Origin: an uncultured Planctomycetota bacterium
GTDB lineage: Bacteria > Planctomycetota > Planctomycetia > Isosphaerales > Isosphaeraceae
Length of the DNA: 64,000 nt
Direction of reading: 5' to 3'
Assembly: GCA_963845755.1 (NCBI GenBank)
Contig: CAWJTV010000036.1
Coordinates: 448,001 to 512,000 of the forward strand
Part shown: piece after piece, positions 25,370 through 36,911 of the stretch
Layout of the letters: every line of letters begins with the position of its first letter
Position numbering within the stretch: the first letter of the stretch is position 1
The notes under the pieces: generated by a model
Seen by the model: only the letters and a program-made list of their open reading frames with translations
Database searches by the model: none
Told to the model about the DNA's origin: nothing
Program-made: the position numbers and the translations under genes

Positions 25370-27212
25370 TCACGGCCCCGAGCGCCTCAGGGTGAAGCCG
25401 GTCATGAGGAAACCATCATCATCCATCTGGCTGTAGCCGCCGGTTGCGCCCAGGTACTTGGCCACGACGGAGAAATCGGGGAGCTTCTCGGTGGCAATGA
25501 TCTTTCCGATGGGGGGGATTTGCTCTTGCCGCGGCCCGCGGGGCCCGCCCATGGCCTGGCCGATGGCCTTGTCGATCTGGCCGGTCTTGACGAGCTCATA
25601 GGTAAGGCGGGCCGACTCGTCGCGCCGGACGTACGACATCGCGCTGACGCGTTCGGGGATCTCCTTGACGATCGATTGGAAGCTGGCGTTATCGCTCAGG
25701 CTCGCGTTGCCCGGCCGGAGTATCTGCTCCAGCAAGGTCGTATCGCTGGTCACGAAGAACGTGTCCTTGGCGATGGCGAAACTGATCGATCGGAGCGGCA
25801 TGTTGCCACCGTTGGGCTGGGGGAGGTTCGGCATATCGACGTCGTAGATCGTGGTGCCCTGGAACTCCCGTTTCCGGGGTGCGGCCTGAACGATCTCGAA
25901 GATGCGGTTCAGCGTGTTCTGGAACGTACGGGTATCGTCCAGGGCGACGCCCAGGAGCATGCGCTGGCTGTCCTCCTTGATCGGCTTCTTGAAGTCGGTG
26001 ACCAGGGTAATCCGATTGCCGAGCGGCCCGAATAAGTCCTTCTGGAAACTGAGCGGTTGGCCGCCGTTGGGGCCGACCAACTGCTGCTCGAGGATGTTGA
26101 GCATGCCGAGCTGGAAGTTGTTGACGACCTCGTTGATCGCCTCGTAGGCGTTGTCGAGGTCCCAGCTCATGGTCTGGTAGGAGGCGACGGTCGCGGGGAC
26201 CCACGACTCGGGCCGCAGGCCCGCCGGCGGGAACGAGAAGATCTTGAGCAGGCCCTGGACCGGCTTGGGCGCGAGGAACAAGGTCTTGCTCAGGCTGTCG
26301 TAGTTTCCGGTCCCGAGGGTGAAGCAGCCGCCGGCCGACTTGAGGCCCTTGAGGCCCAGGGTCTCGACCAGGACCTCGCTCTGCTGGGCCTGGCCGTCGT
26401 TCCCCCGCGCCGGCCTTGATCACCAACTGGACGAGCTTGGCGAAGTCGAGGAACCAGATCACCTGGGCCTTGGCGGAATCGGTCCGGGCCTGCGTCTTGG
26501 CGAAGGACTCGTTGGCGGCCAGTGCGTTGTCGCGCCCTTCGCGATGGGCGGTCAGGTCCTTGACGACCTCGACGTCGCTGCCGAAGAAGAAGACGCCCTC
26601 GGCCTGGGTCCAGACCACCGGGGGAGTCGGCGTGGACTTGTCCTCATCCTTCTCCTTTTCCTTCTCCTTTGGTTTTTCCTCGTCCTTCGGGGAGAGGTGG
26701 ACGACGTGTAGTGTCAGGCCGTTGAAGGTTTCCTGGGAGACCTTGGCCCCGGCATCCTCGGCCTGTTTGGTCGCGCGGGTCAAGACATCGGCCATCTTCT
26801 CCTTGTTCTCACCGGCGTCGGCCAGGACCGCGATGGCGACGGGCAGCTTGGGATCGTCGCGGGTCACGGCGGCGATGGCCAACGAGCCTTGAGGCAGCTC
26901 CAGGAGCTCCTTCAGGGACAGGCCCACCCTCTCCTTGAGGACCTTGGTCGCATCGTCGATCTTCTGGACCAGATCGTCCTTGAAGTCCTTCATGGCCGGA
27001 TCGTTCCAGAGCTGCCCGTAGTGGCTGGCGCGGAACGATTCGCGGAAGTTCTTGACGTCGTTCAACTTGAGCAAGAAGACGGTGGAATCGGGGAGGACGC
27101 GTTCCGGGGGTGCGGCCGCGTGTGCCGGCGACAGGGGCAGGACCGCCCCGCCGAAGAGTGCCAGCCATCCGATCAGGGCCAAGCGACGAATCGCCCGCTT
27201 CGCCGTATCCAT
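25370..27212 (-). CDS. Exported hypothetical protein (DUF3352-like); frameshift near 26410
   Basis: Signal peptide (LALIGWLALFGGAVLPLSPAHA), ERVLPDSTVFLL; ORFs 25689..27368 and 25370..26281 join; family call from overall resemblance only. Confidence 0.7.
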
Positions 27213-27300
27213 CAGAAAACACTCCATTGGTTCGAGGCACCCTCGGCTCACCGGCGGAGGGACGGATTGAGCTGGCCGCCGACACCCGGGCCGGGGCCTA

Positions 27301-28565
27301 TCAGTTGACACCAAGCTCCAAGCCTGGGTCCTCGCCGACGGTGACCGGCGTGACTTCCGATCCCTCATTCATTCCGATCCGAGATTCTGTGTCGAAGCGA
27401 GGTCCGAGACCGCTATCGGGTCTCCTCGTTTCGGCCGTCCTTCCGGGACGGCGTTCCGGCGGGCTTCGCCGCGCCTGGGTGCGGCCGGGGTGGTCCTTCA
27501 GTCCCTCGGGCTGGCTGGCGATGAGCCGGCGCGGCGGATCGACATAACGATAACCGGTGTTGGGATTGGCCTTGTCGAAGGAGAACGCCTCGCGATGATG
27601 GAGGAATTGCTTGACGTAAGTGACCGGGATCGCGAAGCCCAGATTATCGGCCATGGCGGCATGAGCCCCGCGGCTGTTGACCCCGATGACCTCGCCGCGC
27701 TGGTTGAACAGCGGGCCGCCCGAATTCCCAGGGTTGATCGCCGCGTCGGTCTGGAGAAAGATCTGGCCCTCGATATCCCGGCTCCGATTGCTCACGATTC
27801 CCTGGGTTACCGTGCGCTCCAGACCCAGCGGGTTGCCGACCGCGAAGACCAGATCGCCCGGGTTGATATCCTCACCAGTACCCAGGACGACATGGCTAGG
27901 TTTCACTCCCGCCGGCAGCGGGAGCTTGAGCAGGGCCAGGTCGAAGAACGGGTTCAAGGCGACGATCTCGACGTCCTCGATCCGCCGGCGCACCAGACCC
28001 CCCGGAGCGTTCATGTACAGGATCGCCGAGACCCGGGTCTCCCCCTGGATGACGTGGGCGTTGGTGATCGCAAATCCGTCGTTGTTGATGAGGAAGCCGG
28101 AGCCCTTGCCGGAAGGCGTCTCGATCGAGATCACCGCCTCGCCGTACTGGTTGACCAGCTCCTTGACTCCCGAGGCCTTCAGGACTCCGGTGGTATAAAA
28201 GCCGGAGTTGTCGAGCTCGGCGGCGCGCACGGTCCTCGGGGTGCCGAATCCGCCTCCTCAACCTTGGCCCGGCGGAGTACCTGATCGCGCGGAATCCGCA
28301 GCAAATCGTAGCCCAGGTCCACGTACAAGGCGGTCGCCTTCTCGGCGACGACCTCGCCGGTGACGCGCTGACCGTCCTTGAGAAACACCGTCTCAAAACC
28401 CGCCGCCACCGCCATCCGGCACGTCAGTAGGCCCAAGACGCCTATCGCCGCAACGTTGCAAACTAAACGCACGTACAAGTCCGTCCCTCCGGCTCTGGCG
28501 AGTCCCGTCCTCTGGCTTCTTTGGTAAAATCTCCTCCATTGTAAAAACCGTTTCATTCCTTTCAA
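27301..28565 (-). CDS. Trypsin-like serine protease (S1C/HtrA-like, no PDZ); frameshift near 28230
   Basis: GSGF, TNAHV, DLALLK, QTDAAINPGNSGGPL; N-terminal signal + ETVFLKDG domain in ORF 28179..28565; start uncertain. Confidence 0.88.
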
Positions 28566-29000
28566 CCCTGGCTGTCACGTTCTCACCACCACTCCGCCCG
28601 GCTGGCCCAATTTGTTGATCGCCTCGCGAGGGATTACCGAGGTAAAATGGATTGGGTGATGGACTCAGAGGTCGTCGAGAATTCCTCCCGGCCCCGCGCA
28701 GAGAGTTGCTGGAACCGATTCTCGGCTTGACGATTCCGGTGAATCCCGGCTACTTATGGAAGAACAGAGAGGGTGTGAAAGAACTCGGATCGAAGATTCC
28801 AAATTCAAAGTTCAATAATCGTAGAGTTCGATGCAGGCTTGGCTTACATCCATTATTGAATCTTGAATCTGTGATTCCGATTCGATTGTTTCACAGCCTC
28901 GGAGCCGAACTCGTTCGTCACCTCTTCTCACTTTCGGCTTCTCGGCTCATCGTCCGACCAGCCAACTCATTCGCTCACCCAAGCTTGGGGAGATGTTCTC

Positions 29001-29808
29001 GTGTCCAGTTCTAACTGGCGAGTGGGCTATTGGCCCACCACAATTTTGTCTCGAATGGTGTTTTCCACCGTCGTGGGTCTCGTCCTGACGGCGAATGTGT
29101 GCATGGCGCAAGGAGGCTCCAAACAAATACGCCAAGCCGGAGGATGCGGATCGGCCGAAGCCGGTCCCGGAATTCAAGCTCGAACGGACCTTGCCCACAG
29201 TCCCGGTGGCCCACGACCGTCCCACGTTCAATGTGCAAATGGTCAATGCGTCGCTGCTGCCCAGGGACAAGCAAGGGATCTGGGTGCTGGATTTCGCGTA
29301 CAAGCCGCTCCGAATCATCACGGTCAACATCCCGGGCAAAGGGCGTCGCCAGGTCCATTACCTGTACTACAAGGTGGTCAACCGCACGGGCAAGCCACAG
29401 ATGTTCGTGCCGCAGTTCATCATGGTGAACGCGAAGGGCCAGAAGTTCGAAGACAACGTCGTTTCCCAGGCCATACCCCTGATCCGGGCCCGCGAGGATG
29501 AGGCGGTCCCCGTGCTCGGCGCCGTCAACATCGTCGGCACGATCCCTCCGAGTACCAAAGCCAATATCGATGATGCCGTCTTCGGGGTCGCGGTCTGGGA
29601 AAAATGGGACCGCAAGGCCGATCGGTTCAGCATCTATGTGCGCGGCCTCTCCGACGGGTACAAGGAAGTCCCCTCGGAAAGCGGTGGCAAGCCGGTCGCC
29701 CAGTACAAGACCTTGAAGATCGATTTCATTCGCCGCGGCGATGAGTTCAACCTCAGCGAACACGAAATCGAACTGGACAACCCGCCTCATGAGTGGGTGT
29801 ATTGGTGA
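29001..29808 (+). CDS. Exported hypothetical protein; frameshift near 29110
   Basis: Signal-like VFSTVVGLVLTANVCMA in ORF 29001, continuing into ORF 29095..29808 (YLYYKVVNRTG, FSIYVRGLSDGY...WVYW) with strong coding bias. Confidence 0.75.
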
Positions 29809-29821
29809 ACTTCCTCATCGA

Positions 29822-30525
29822 TCATGGCTGATGACCCGAGTAGCGGATGGGATCCGCGAGCCCGAGTCGTTCGAACGCGGCGAGGCGAATCCGGCAGGCG
29901 TCGCAACGGCCGCAGGAACGTCCATCGGGGCTCGGGTCGTAGCAACTGTGGGTCAAGCCATAATCGACGCCCAAGGCGCGGCCGCGCTCGATGATCTGTT
30001 CCTTGGTGAGCGTCAACAGGGGCGCGTGGATGCGGAAACGCCCCGCGCCCTCGACGCCCGCCCGGGTGGCCAGGTTCGCGAGGGCCTCGAACGCCCGGAG
30101 GAAGTCGGGGCGACAGTCCGGATAACCCGAATAATCAACGCAGTTGACCCCGATGAAGATATCGAAGGCCGCGAGTGTCTCGGCCCAGGCCAGGGCCATT
30201 GAGAGGAAGACCGTGTTTCGAGCGGGCACATAGGTGATCGGAATGCCTTGCCCGATCGTCTCCTCGGAACGGTCCTTGGGGACGTCCAGGGAAGACGTCA
30301 GGGCGCTGCCGCCGAAGCTGCGGAGGTCGATCTCGAGTTCGACATGGCGCACCACCCCCAGCGCCGCGCGACCCGGCGCACGGCCTCGACCTCGACGGCG
30401 TGGCGCTGGCCATATCGGACGGTCAGGGCGTTGAGCGCATAGCCCGCGGCCCTGGCCTCCGCCAGCGCCGTGGCGCTATCCAGCCCCCCGCTCAGGAGGA
30501 CGACGGCCGGGGCCGTTTCCTTCAT
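29822..30525 (-). CDS. queC: 7-cyano-7-deazaguanine synthase; frameshift near 30360
   Basis: [47 protein letters not shown]. Confidence 0.95.
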
Positions 30526-30743
30526 CGTTCGTCCTTCTGGCATCAGCCGGGATCGATCGACACGATTGGCGTTCCCGTCTCCGCGATGGAACCGGTCTTG
30601 CCGAAGCTTCCGAAGTTCCGCTATCCTCGTCAATTAGACCAGAATTGACAACCTGTCGCGCACCCGGAGCGAGTCCCACTCGGATCCTCGCCGCGAACCG
30701 GCCCGCTGGACTTTCTCTTTCGCAGGCATCAGGACCGAGATTC

Positions 30744-31001
30744 ATGGCTCACAAAAAGGGACAAGGCTCGAGCCGCAACGGGCGCGACTCGAACCCAAAG
30801 ATGTTGGGAATCAAGCTTTACGGCGGGCAGACGGCCAAGCCGGGCAGCATCCTCTGCCGGCAGAACGGGACCAAATGGCACCCGGGCAAGAACGTCGGGG
30901 TCGGCCGCGACTGGACCATCTTCTCGCTGATCGACGGGACCGTCACGTTCGATCAGGGCGGACGGCGGATCAACGTCCTGCCTTTGACAAGTGGCAAGTG
31001 A
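30744..31001 (+). CDS. rpmA: 50S ribosomal protein L27
   Basis: [24 protein letters not shown]. Confidence 0.97.
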   Translation: MAHKKGQGSSRNGRDSNPKMLGIKLYGGQTAKPGSILCRQNGTKWHPGKNVGVGRDWTIFSLIDGTVTFDQGGRRINVLPLTSGK

Positions 31002-31162
31002 CAAGTGATAAGTGGCAAGTGGCAAGGAGAATGCAGCCAGGCTCGCTACTCCGAGGGTTGGTCCGAATCCTCTTCTCATCGTGTCGTCTTTGAGCAAGGA
31101 TTAACCATCTTGCCATCGTTCCCCTCCGAACATTTGTCACTTGCCACCTGCCACTGGCCACT
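30987..31162. repeat. Inverted heptamer tandem-repeat element (CAAGTGR)n...(CACTTGC)n between rpmA and obgE
   Basis: acaagtggcaagtgacaagtgataagtggcaagtggcaag ... tttgtcacttgccacctgccactggccact. Confidence 0.8.
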
Positions 31163-32284
31163 ATGTTTGTCGACCGCGTGACCATCTATGTCTGTGGGGG
31201 GGCCGGGGGCGACGGCTGCATGAGCTTCCGGCGCGAGAAGTATGCACCCCGGGGCGGGCCCAACGGCGGCGATGGGGGACGGGGCGGTCATGTGGTGATC
31301 CGGGCGACCGAGGGTCATACCAACCTCGCGCACCTCTCTCATCAGCGGCACTGGCGGGCGCCTCGCGGTCAGCACGGCGAGGGTTCCGATCGGTTCGGGC
31401 GCGGGGGCGAGGATCTCGTGATCGAGGTCCCGCGCGGGACCCTGATCCGCGATCGCGACCGCGGTCACGTGATCCGCGACCTCAAGGCACCCGGCGACGA
31501 GGTGATCGTGGGCCGGGGCGGACGCGGAGGCCACGGCAACACTCACTTCAAGTCGTCGACGAACCGGGCTCCCCGGCAGCGCGAGAAGGGACACCCGGGG
31601 GAAGACCTCTGGATCGTCCTGGAATTGAAGGTCATCGCCGACGTCGGCTTGATCGGACTGCCCAACGCGGGCAAGTCCACGCTGCTGTCCCGGATCTCCC
31701 GCGCTCATCCCGAGATTGCCGACTATCCGTTCACCACCAAATACCCCAACCTGGGGACCGTCGTCGCCGAGGACCAGACTTTTGTCGCGGCCGATATTCC
31801 CGGCCTGATCGAGGGGGCACACTCCGGCCACGGACTGGGCCACGAGTTCCTCCGTCACGTTGAGCGGACCTCGCTCCTGGTCCATCTCGTCGAGGCGGTG
31901 CCGCTGGATGGTTCCGACCCGATCCAGAATTATCGGACCATCCGGAACGAGCTGGGTCAGTACAGCCGGACCCTGGCCGAGCGGCCCGAGTTGCTGGTCG
32001 TCACCAAGATGGACGTGACCGGCGCCGAGGACTCGCGACAGAGGTTGGAGCGCGAGCTGAACCGGGACGTTCCAGGGATCTCCGCGGTCACCGGGCGGGG
32101 GATCCCTCAGCTTCTTCATCGGATCGTCGAGATGCTGGGCGAGCACCGGGGATCGCAGGATGAGTCGAGGCCCTCGCGTGCGGAGGGCGAACCGGGCCAA
32201 CCCGCGAGGTCGTCGGCGGAGGCGCACCGGAGTGCGGCGGGAGTCGCGGGCGTGCCGGTCCTTGACTCGGTCACAGGCGGCTAG
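31163..32284 (+). CDS. obgE: GTPase ObgE/CgtA
   Basis: MFVDRV...GGDG..SFRREKY...GGPNGGDGG; GLPNAGKST; YPFTT; DIPGLIEGA; TKMD. Confidence 0.97.
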   Translation: MFVDRVTIYVCGGAGGDGCMSFRREKYAPRGGPNGGDGGRGGHVVIRATEGHTNLAHLSHQRHWRAPRGQHGEGSDRFGRGGEDLVIEVPRGTLIRDRDRGHVIRDLKAPGDEVIVGRGGRGGHGNTHFKSSTNRAPRQREKGHPGEDLWIVLELKVIADVGLIGLPNAGKSTLLSRISRAHPEIADYPFTTKYPNLGTVVAEDQTFVAADIPGLIEGAHSGHGLGHEFLRHVERTSLLVHLVEAVPLDGSDPIQNYRTIRNELGQYSRTLAERPELLVVTKMDVTGAEDSRQRLERELNRDVPGISAVTGRGIPQLLHRIVEMLGEHRGSQDESRPSRAEGEPGQPARSSAEAHRSAAGVAGVPVLDSVTGG

Positions 32285-32287
32285 CCC

Positions 32288-33064
32288 ATGTTGCGCATCG
32301 TGGCGGACCTGGGAAACACGCGGCTCAAGTGGGGCCGGCTCGACGAATCTGGGCGATTGGTCGAGGTGATCGCGTTGCCGCTGGACGACCCGTCGGCCTG
32401 GGCGTCGGCCTGGGCGGATTGGGATCGGCTCGAGCCGGGGAACGCCTGGTGGGCGGTCTCGACGGTCAACCCGCCGGTCGCGGACCGTCTTGAGACGTTC
32501 CTTCGAGAGCAGCAGGTCGGCCGGGTGAGCTGGATCCGCTCGGCGGCGGAGGTGCCCGTGGCCAAGGACGTGGACGGGGCCGATAGCGGGGGTTCCGACC
32601 GGGCCCTGGCGGTCTTCGCCGCGAGTCGGATCATGCCGGCGGGCCGGCCGGGGCTGGTGGTCATGTGCGGCACGGCGATCACCGTGGAGCGGCTCACGGC
32701 CGCAGGGGTCTGGCAGGGCGGGGCGATCGCCCCGGGCCTGGGACTGACCGCGCGGGCCTTGCACCTGATGACCGCACAGCTCCCGATGATCCAGGTGACC
32801 CAGGCCCCACCCGCCTGGGGCCGGGGTACGGAGCAATCGCTCGAGGCGGGCATCTACTGGGGGATCGTCGGAGCCGTCCGCGAGCTGCTGGCCCGCCAGC
32901 GCGAGGACCTCGACGGCGATCCCTGGGTCGTCTGGACCGGTGGCGACGCCGCGCTCCTGGCGCCGCCGGTCTCCGGGCCCGATGCCCGCGTCGAGGCGCA
33001 GTTGATCCTCCTCGGTATCGCGGCCGTGGGCTTCGGCACACCGCTCGGGAATCCCAATAGTTGA
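32288..33064 (+). CDS. coaX: Type III pantothenate kinase
   Basis: DLGNTRLKWG, GSDR, GTAIT, GGAIAPG, TGGDA. Confidence 0.9.
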   Translation: MLRIVADLGNTRLKWGRLDESGRLVEVIALPLDDPSAWASAWADWDRLEPGNAWWAVSTVNPPVADRLETFLREQQVGRVSWIRSAAEVPVAKDVDGADSGGSDRALAVFAASRIMPAGRPGLVVMCGTAITVERLTAAGVWQGGAIAPGLGLTARALHLMTAQLPMIQVTQAPPAWGRGTEQSLEAGIYWGIVGAVRELLARQREDLDGDPWVVWTGGDAALLAPPVSGPDARVEAQLILLGIAAVGFGTPLGNPNS

Positions 33065-33345
33065 GCTTCCCCGATCAAGGCACTTTCGTTAGGTTATCCG
33101 CCACGACACAACACGTCTGAGGGGATTTCCCTATCCCGAACGAAGCGGAATCGAGACGTCGCGCCGCCCAGCCGGCGGATTCGGAGCGTGGGCCCGATTA
33201 GCGGGCCCAGAAGTTCTGACCGGCGAGGTGGGCAGGAAGCCCGCCCCCGAGGCACCGGCGTCGAGAGTCGTCCGACGACAGGAGGTCGATCGGAATGGAC
33301 CGTGATCCAGGGAGGCCGCACGCGCAGAACCCCGCGCGGCACTCC

Positions 33346-34913
33346 ATGCGGGTTGGGATCGCTTATGCGGCCTTGATCCTCCTGACGGCCATGCCGATAG
33401 TGCGCGCCCCAGGGGCCGCAGTTCGACGTGGGCGCACCGCCGGGTGCCGCCGGCGGTGCCAGCACGGTCGGCCAGCCGCTGGGCGCGGCCGATTTCCCCG
33501 ATTTCGGGACGACCTCGATCGCCCCGTTCAGCGGCAAACCCGGGCCTGGGGGAAGCCGCGCCCCGGCGAGTTCCCTCGCGGCGCAGGGGCGTCTCCGTAT
33601 TCCGGACGTCCGCCCGGAAGCAATTCGCCGTCCAGCCCATCCAGGAGCAGAATGTCCCGGCTTACGGCGATCTGGATCTCCCCGAGGAGATGGAAGGCCC
33701 TACCAACGGGATGACCCTCGACGCGGCGATCGAGGTGCTGGTCAAGCAGAACCTCGACCTGGAGGCCTACCGCCTGGAGATCCCCATGGCGGATGCCGAC
33801 GTCCTTACCGCCAACCTCCGCGCGAATCCGATCTTCTACGCCGACACCCAGCTCATCCCCTACGGCCACTATTCGTTCCTGAGGCCCGGCGGGCCGCCGC
33901 AGAGCGACATCAACATCAACTATCCCCTGGACGTGAGCTTCAAGCGCCTGGCGCGGACACGCTCGGCGCGGGCCGCCCGGAAGGTCACCGAGGCCCAGCT
34001 CCAGGACGCCATCCGCAACTCGATCGATAACCTCTACACGGTCTATGTGGACGCGGTCGCGGCCGCGCTGACGGTCAAGTTCAGCGAGACCTACGCCAAG
34101 GGCATCCGGCGGCTTCTCGATCGCAACGAACGGCTCTTCAAGGCCGGCCTGATCAGGGAGGCCGACGTCCTGGCGGTCCGTGCGAAGCTGGAGATGGCCG
34201 AGCTCCAGGTCCGCGAGTCGAGCCAGGCGAAGATCAAGGCCAATCGCGATCTCACCCTGATCCTCAACCTGTCCCTCGACCGGGCGGACGCCCTGGAGGT
34301 GCTCGACCCCATCGGTCAGCTCCGCGATGTCCCCCAGCCCCGGGACGAGCTGGTGTCCAAGGCGCTGGCCGGCCGGCCGGACCTGCTCGCTATCAAACTG
34401 GGTGTCGTTCGCGCCGGGGCCGATGTCCGGCTCGCCAAGGCCAACGCCTACCAGGATATCTACGTGCTCTATCAGCCTTATACGTACCAGAACAACACCT
34501 ACCTTGGCGTACCTAGTGCCTATTCGTGGACCCTCGGCGTGACGGCCGCGCTTCCGTTCTATAACCGGAACCAGGGGAACATCACGCGCGCCAAGCTCAA
34601 CGTGGATCAGACGAAACTCCAGGCGACCAGCCAGGAGCGCCAGGTCGTCAGCGATGTGATGGACGCCACCCAGGAGCTCCAGCAGAGCTATATCAGCGTC
34701 GTCGAGTTCCGCCGCGAGATCATTCCGGCATCGAAGCGGATGCGTGAGGCGGCGTTCAAACTCTACGACCGAGGGGAAACCAGTGTGCTGGACTACCTCG
34801 AAGCCCAGCTCTCCTTCAACGACGTCGTCAAGCAGTACCGCGACTCGCTCGTCCGCCATCGCCGGGCGATGCTGGACCTCAATACGGCCGTCGGAGAACG
34901 GGTGTTGCCGTGA
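33346..34913 (+). CDS. TolC/outer-membrane efflux (OEP, CzcC-like) protein; frameshifts near 33415 and 33590
   Basis: Signal peptide MRVGIAYAALILLTAMP; MTLDAAIE...N.DL, RPDL, LPFYNRNQGNI, YDRGETSVLDYLEAQ, LNTAVG. Confidence 0.88.
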
Positions 34914-35015
34914 ATTCTCCCCTCCCCCCTTGATGGGGGAGGTTCGGAGTGGGGGTGGTCCCCACTCGCTCCATCCGGCCTTCGGCCCCCTTCCCCCACG
35001 AAAGGGGAAGGGAGA
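34914..35015. repeat. Palindromic intergenic repeat between tolC and the first paralogue
   Basis: CCTCCCCC-TTGAT-GGGGGAGG hairpin and CATCCGGCCTTCGGCC...CCCTTCCCC-CACGAAA-GGGGAAGGG, related to the element at 17308. Confidence 0.7.
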
Positions 35016-35031
35016 CAGGACCGAGGACGAA

Positions 35032-35992
35032 ATGACCAGGGACCAACGATCAAGGCGACATCGCCCTTGTCTCGAGGGCCTGGAGACGCGCGACCTCCTG
35101 TCAACCTTGCACGTCTTGGGACCGGTCAAGGGCCAGGGCGGAGCCAAGGGCCCCTACTTGAATCTCATCGTCCAATCGGACCAGGTTGCGGGCACGGCCG
35201 GCCGCGTCTCGGCCGGGGGGGGCCGTACCGCCACGACCCCGCCCTGGGTGAACGAGAGCCTCCTACAAGGGGTGGCACAGACGCTTTTCGCGCCCATCAC
35301 CACCACCTCGCCGGTCACGGTGGGCGGCCAGACTTTCCCGCCCGGCACCTATTCGGTCCCGCAGCCGACGGAAGCCGAGATCAAGCGGGAGACGTTCTGG
35401 GCCGAATTCGTCGGACATTACTCGGTGGGAGCCCCGCGGTTCTCGAATCAGTCGGCCACGATCCATATCTACAGCAATGGACGAGACGTGACGTCGAATC
35501 AGACGCTCCAGGCCCGCGCAGGTCCTGTTGCTGCCGCCCGCCGACCCGTCCGCATCGCCTAGCACCGACGATCCCATGGCCGGTCAGGTCGCCGGCCTGC
35601 TGAGCCTCTTCCCGGCCAACGCCCTCCAGTCGGGCACGTCGCTCTTCGCCGAGATCACGAATCTGCCTGGCGTGGCCAGCAATGACCCGACCATGCTCGA
35701 CCATGGTCTCCCGTCACACCTGCAATTCACCCTCGATACCGGCGGTGTCACCGGCGGAGTCTATTCGGTCCCCGCGTATACCGTGACCACGGGCGCCGGC
35801 GAGTCGAACCAGGTCGTCGGCGGCAATGGGGGTGCGGTGTCCTTCCAGGGCGCGGGGCAGATCGACATCCAGTACATCCCAACCGATCACCTTCGCGCCG
35901 GCGCCCGGCAATCGGGCACGGTTATCGTGCGAGTACAGGGGCTGATCAACACAACGGGCGTCACCAACGCACTCTACAAGGGCATCAACTAG
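35032..35992 (+). CDS. Hypothetical LEPR-XLL (Planc_extracel) protein, paralogue 1; frameshift near 35515
   Basis: RRHRPCLEGLETRDLLS; PQPTEAEIKRETFWAEFVGHYSVGAPRFSNQ; C-terminus GTVIVRVQGLINTTG in ORF 35528..35992. Confidence 0.8.
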
Positions 35993-36007
35993 GGAGGAGC
36001 GTCGGGA

Positions 36008-36844
36008 ATGCGATCGCACGACCCACGAGGCCGACGCCCCCGCAGCCGGCGCCCGCGACGGCCGATCGTCGAGGGCCTCGAAGCTCGGGACCTACCGTCA
36101 TCCGGGGTGTTGTCCGTGGCCGGTGCCCGCCCGCATGCCCGCCCCGCGGCCGCCATCGTTGCCCATCCTGACTCGCCGAACGGACTGCTCGGCAAGCGGG
36201 CGCCCGGGACGTTCCTCGACCGGGCGGTGCTCGACCAGGCGGCCGCCGACCTCTACCATGCGAACGTACCGCCGGGCACGCCAACGCCGCGCGAGATCCA
36301 GCGCCAGACCTTCACGGCCCGATGGATCGGCCGGTACACGATCGGCCCGCCCCGGTTCTCGGACCGGGCCAACACGATCCATCTCTACGGAACGGATGGC
36401 GGCTCCAATCAGTTCTTCCGGGGGAAGTTCAATATCGCGATCTTCCCGCCCGCCGACCCGGCGGCAACACCGACACCCGGCAATCCCTTCGCCAACCAGA
36501 TCACCGGGGTGGCTGCCCTCTACGGCCAGAACTACCTCCAGTCGGGCAGCATGACACTGCTGGACCTCAACGGCACCCCCGCGCCGGGGTCGTCGCCGGA
36601 CGCCCTGCCGAACCAATTGAGCTGGACCTATGACTTTAACACCAGCGCAGGCCCCTATGCCGCGCCGGGAGGCATCGCGCCGGGTTCCGGATTCACCCAG
36701 GGCACGGGCACGGTGCAGATCCACTGGATCCCCGACCCGCACCCGCTGCCAGGTACGATGGGATCGGGCCAGGTGGTCCTCACATTCCAGGGCTTGATCA
36801 ATACCAGCCAGATCGCCAGCGCCGTGTCGAAGTTCATCATGTAG
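36008..36844 (+). CDS. Hypothetical LEPR-XLL protein, paralogue 2
   Basis: RRPIVEGLEARDLPS; PTPREIQRQTFTARWIGRYTIGPPRFSDR; GQVVLTFQGLINTS; GGAGG RBS. Confidence 0.85.
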   Translation: MRSHDPRGRRPRSRRPRRPIVEGLEARDLPSSGVLSVAGARPHARPAAAIVAHPDSPNGLLGKRAPGTFLDRAVLDQAAADLYHANVPPGTPTPREIQRQTFTARWIGRYTIGPPRFSDRANTIHLYGTDGGSNQFFRGKFNIAIFPPADPAATPTPGNPFANQITGVAALYGQNYLQSGSMTLLDLNGTPAPGSSPDALPNQLSWTYDFNTSAGPYAAPGGIAPGSGFTQGTGTVQIHWIPDPHPLPGTMGSGQVVLTFQGLINTSQIASAVSKFIM

Positions 36845-36911
36845 TCCCGAAGCCTGGGGATCACGGGCGAGACTCGGATTTCCGAGGGCGAAGAGCTCAG
36901 ACGGCAGGGGG

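Noticed and set aside
29822..30525. queC as part of a 7-deazaguanine DNA-modification or QatC-type defence system
   Set aside because: Canonical short QueC beside rpmA, with no dpd or qat genes nearby
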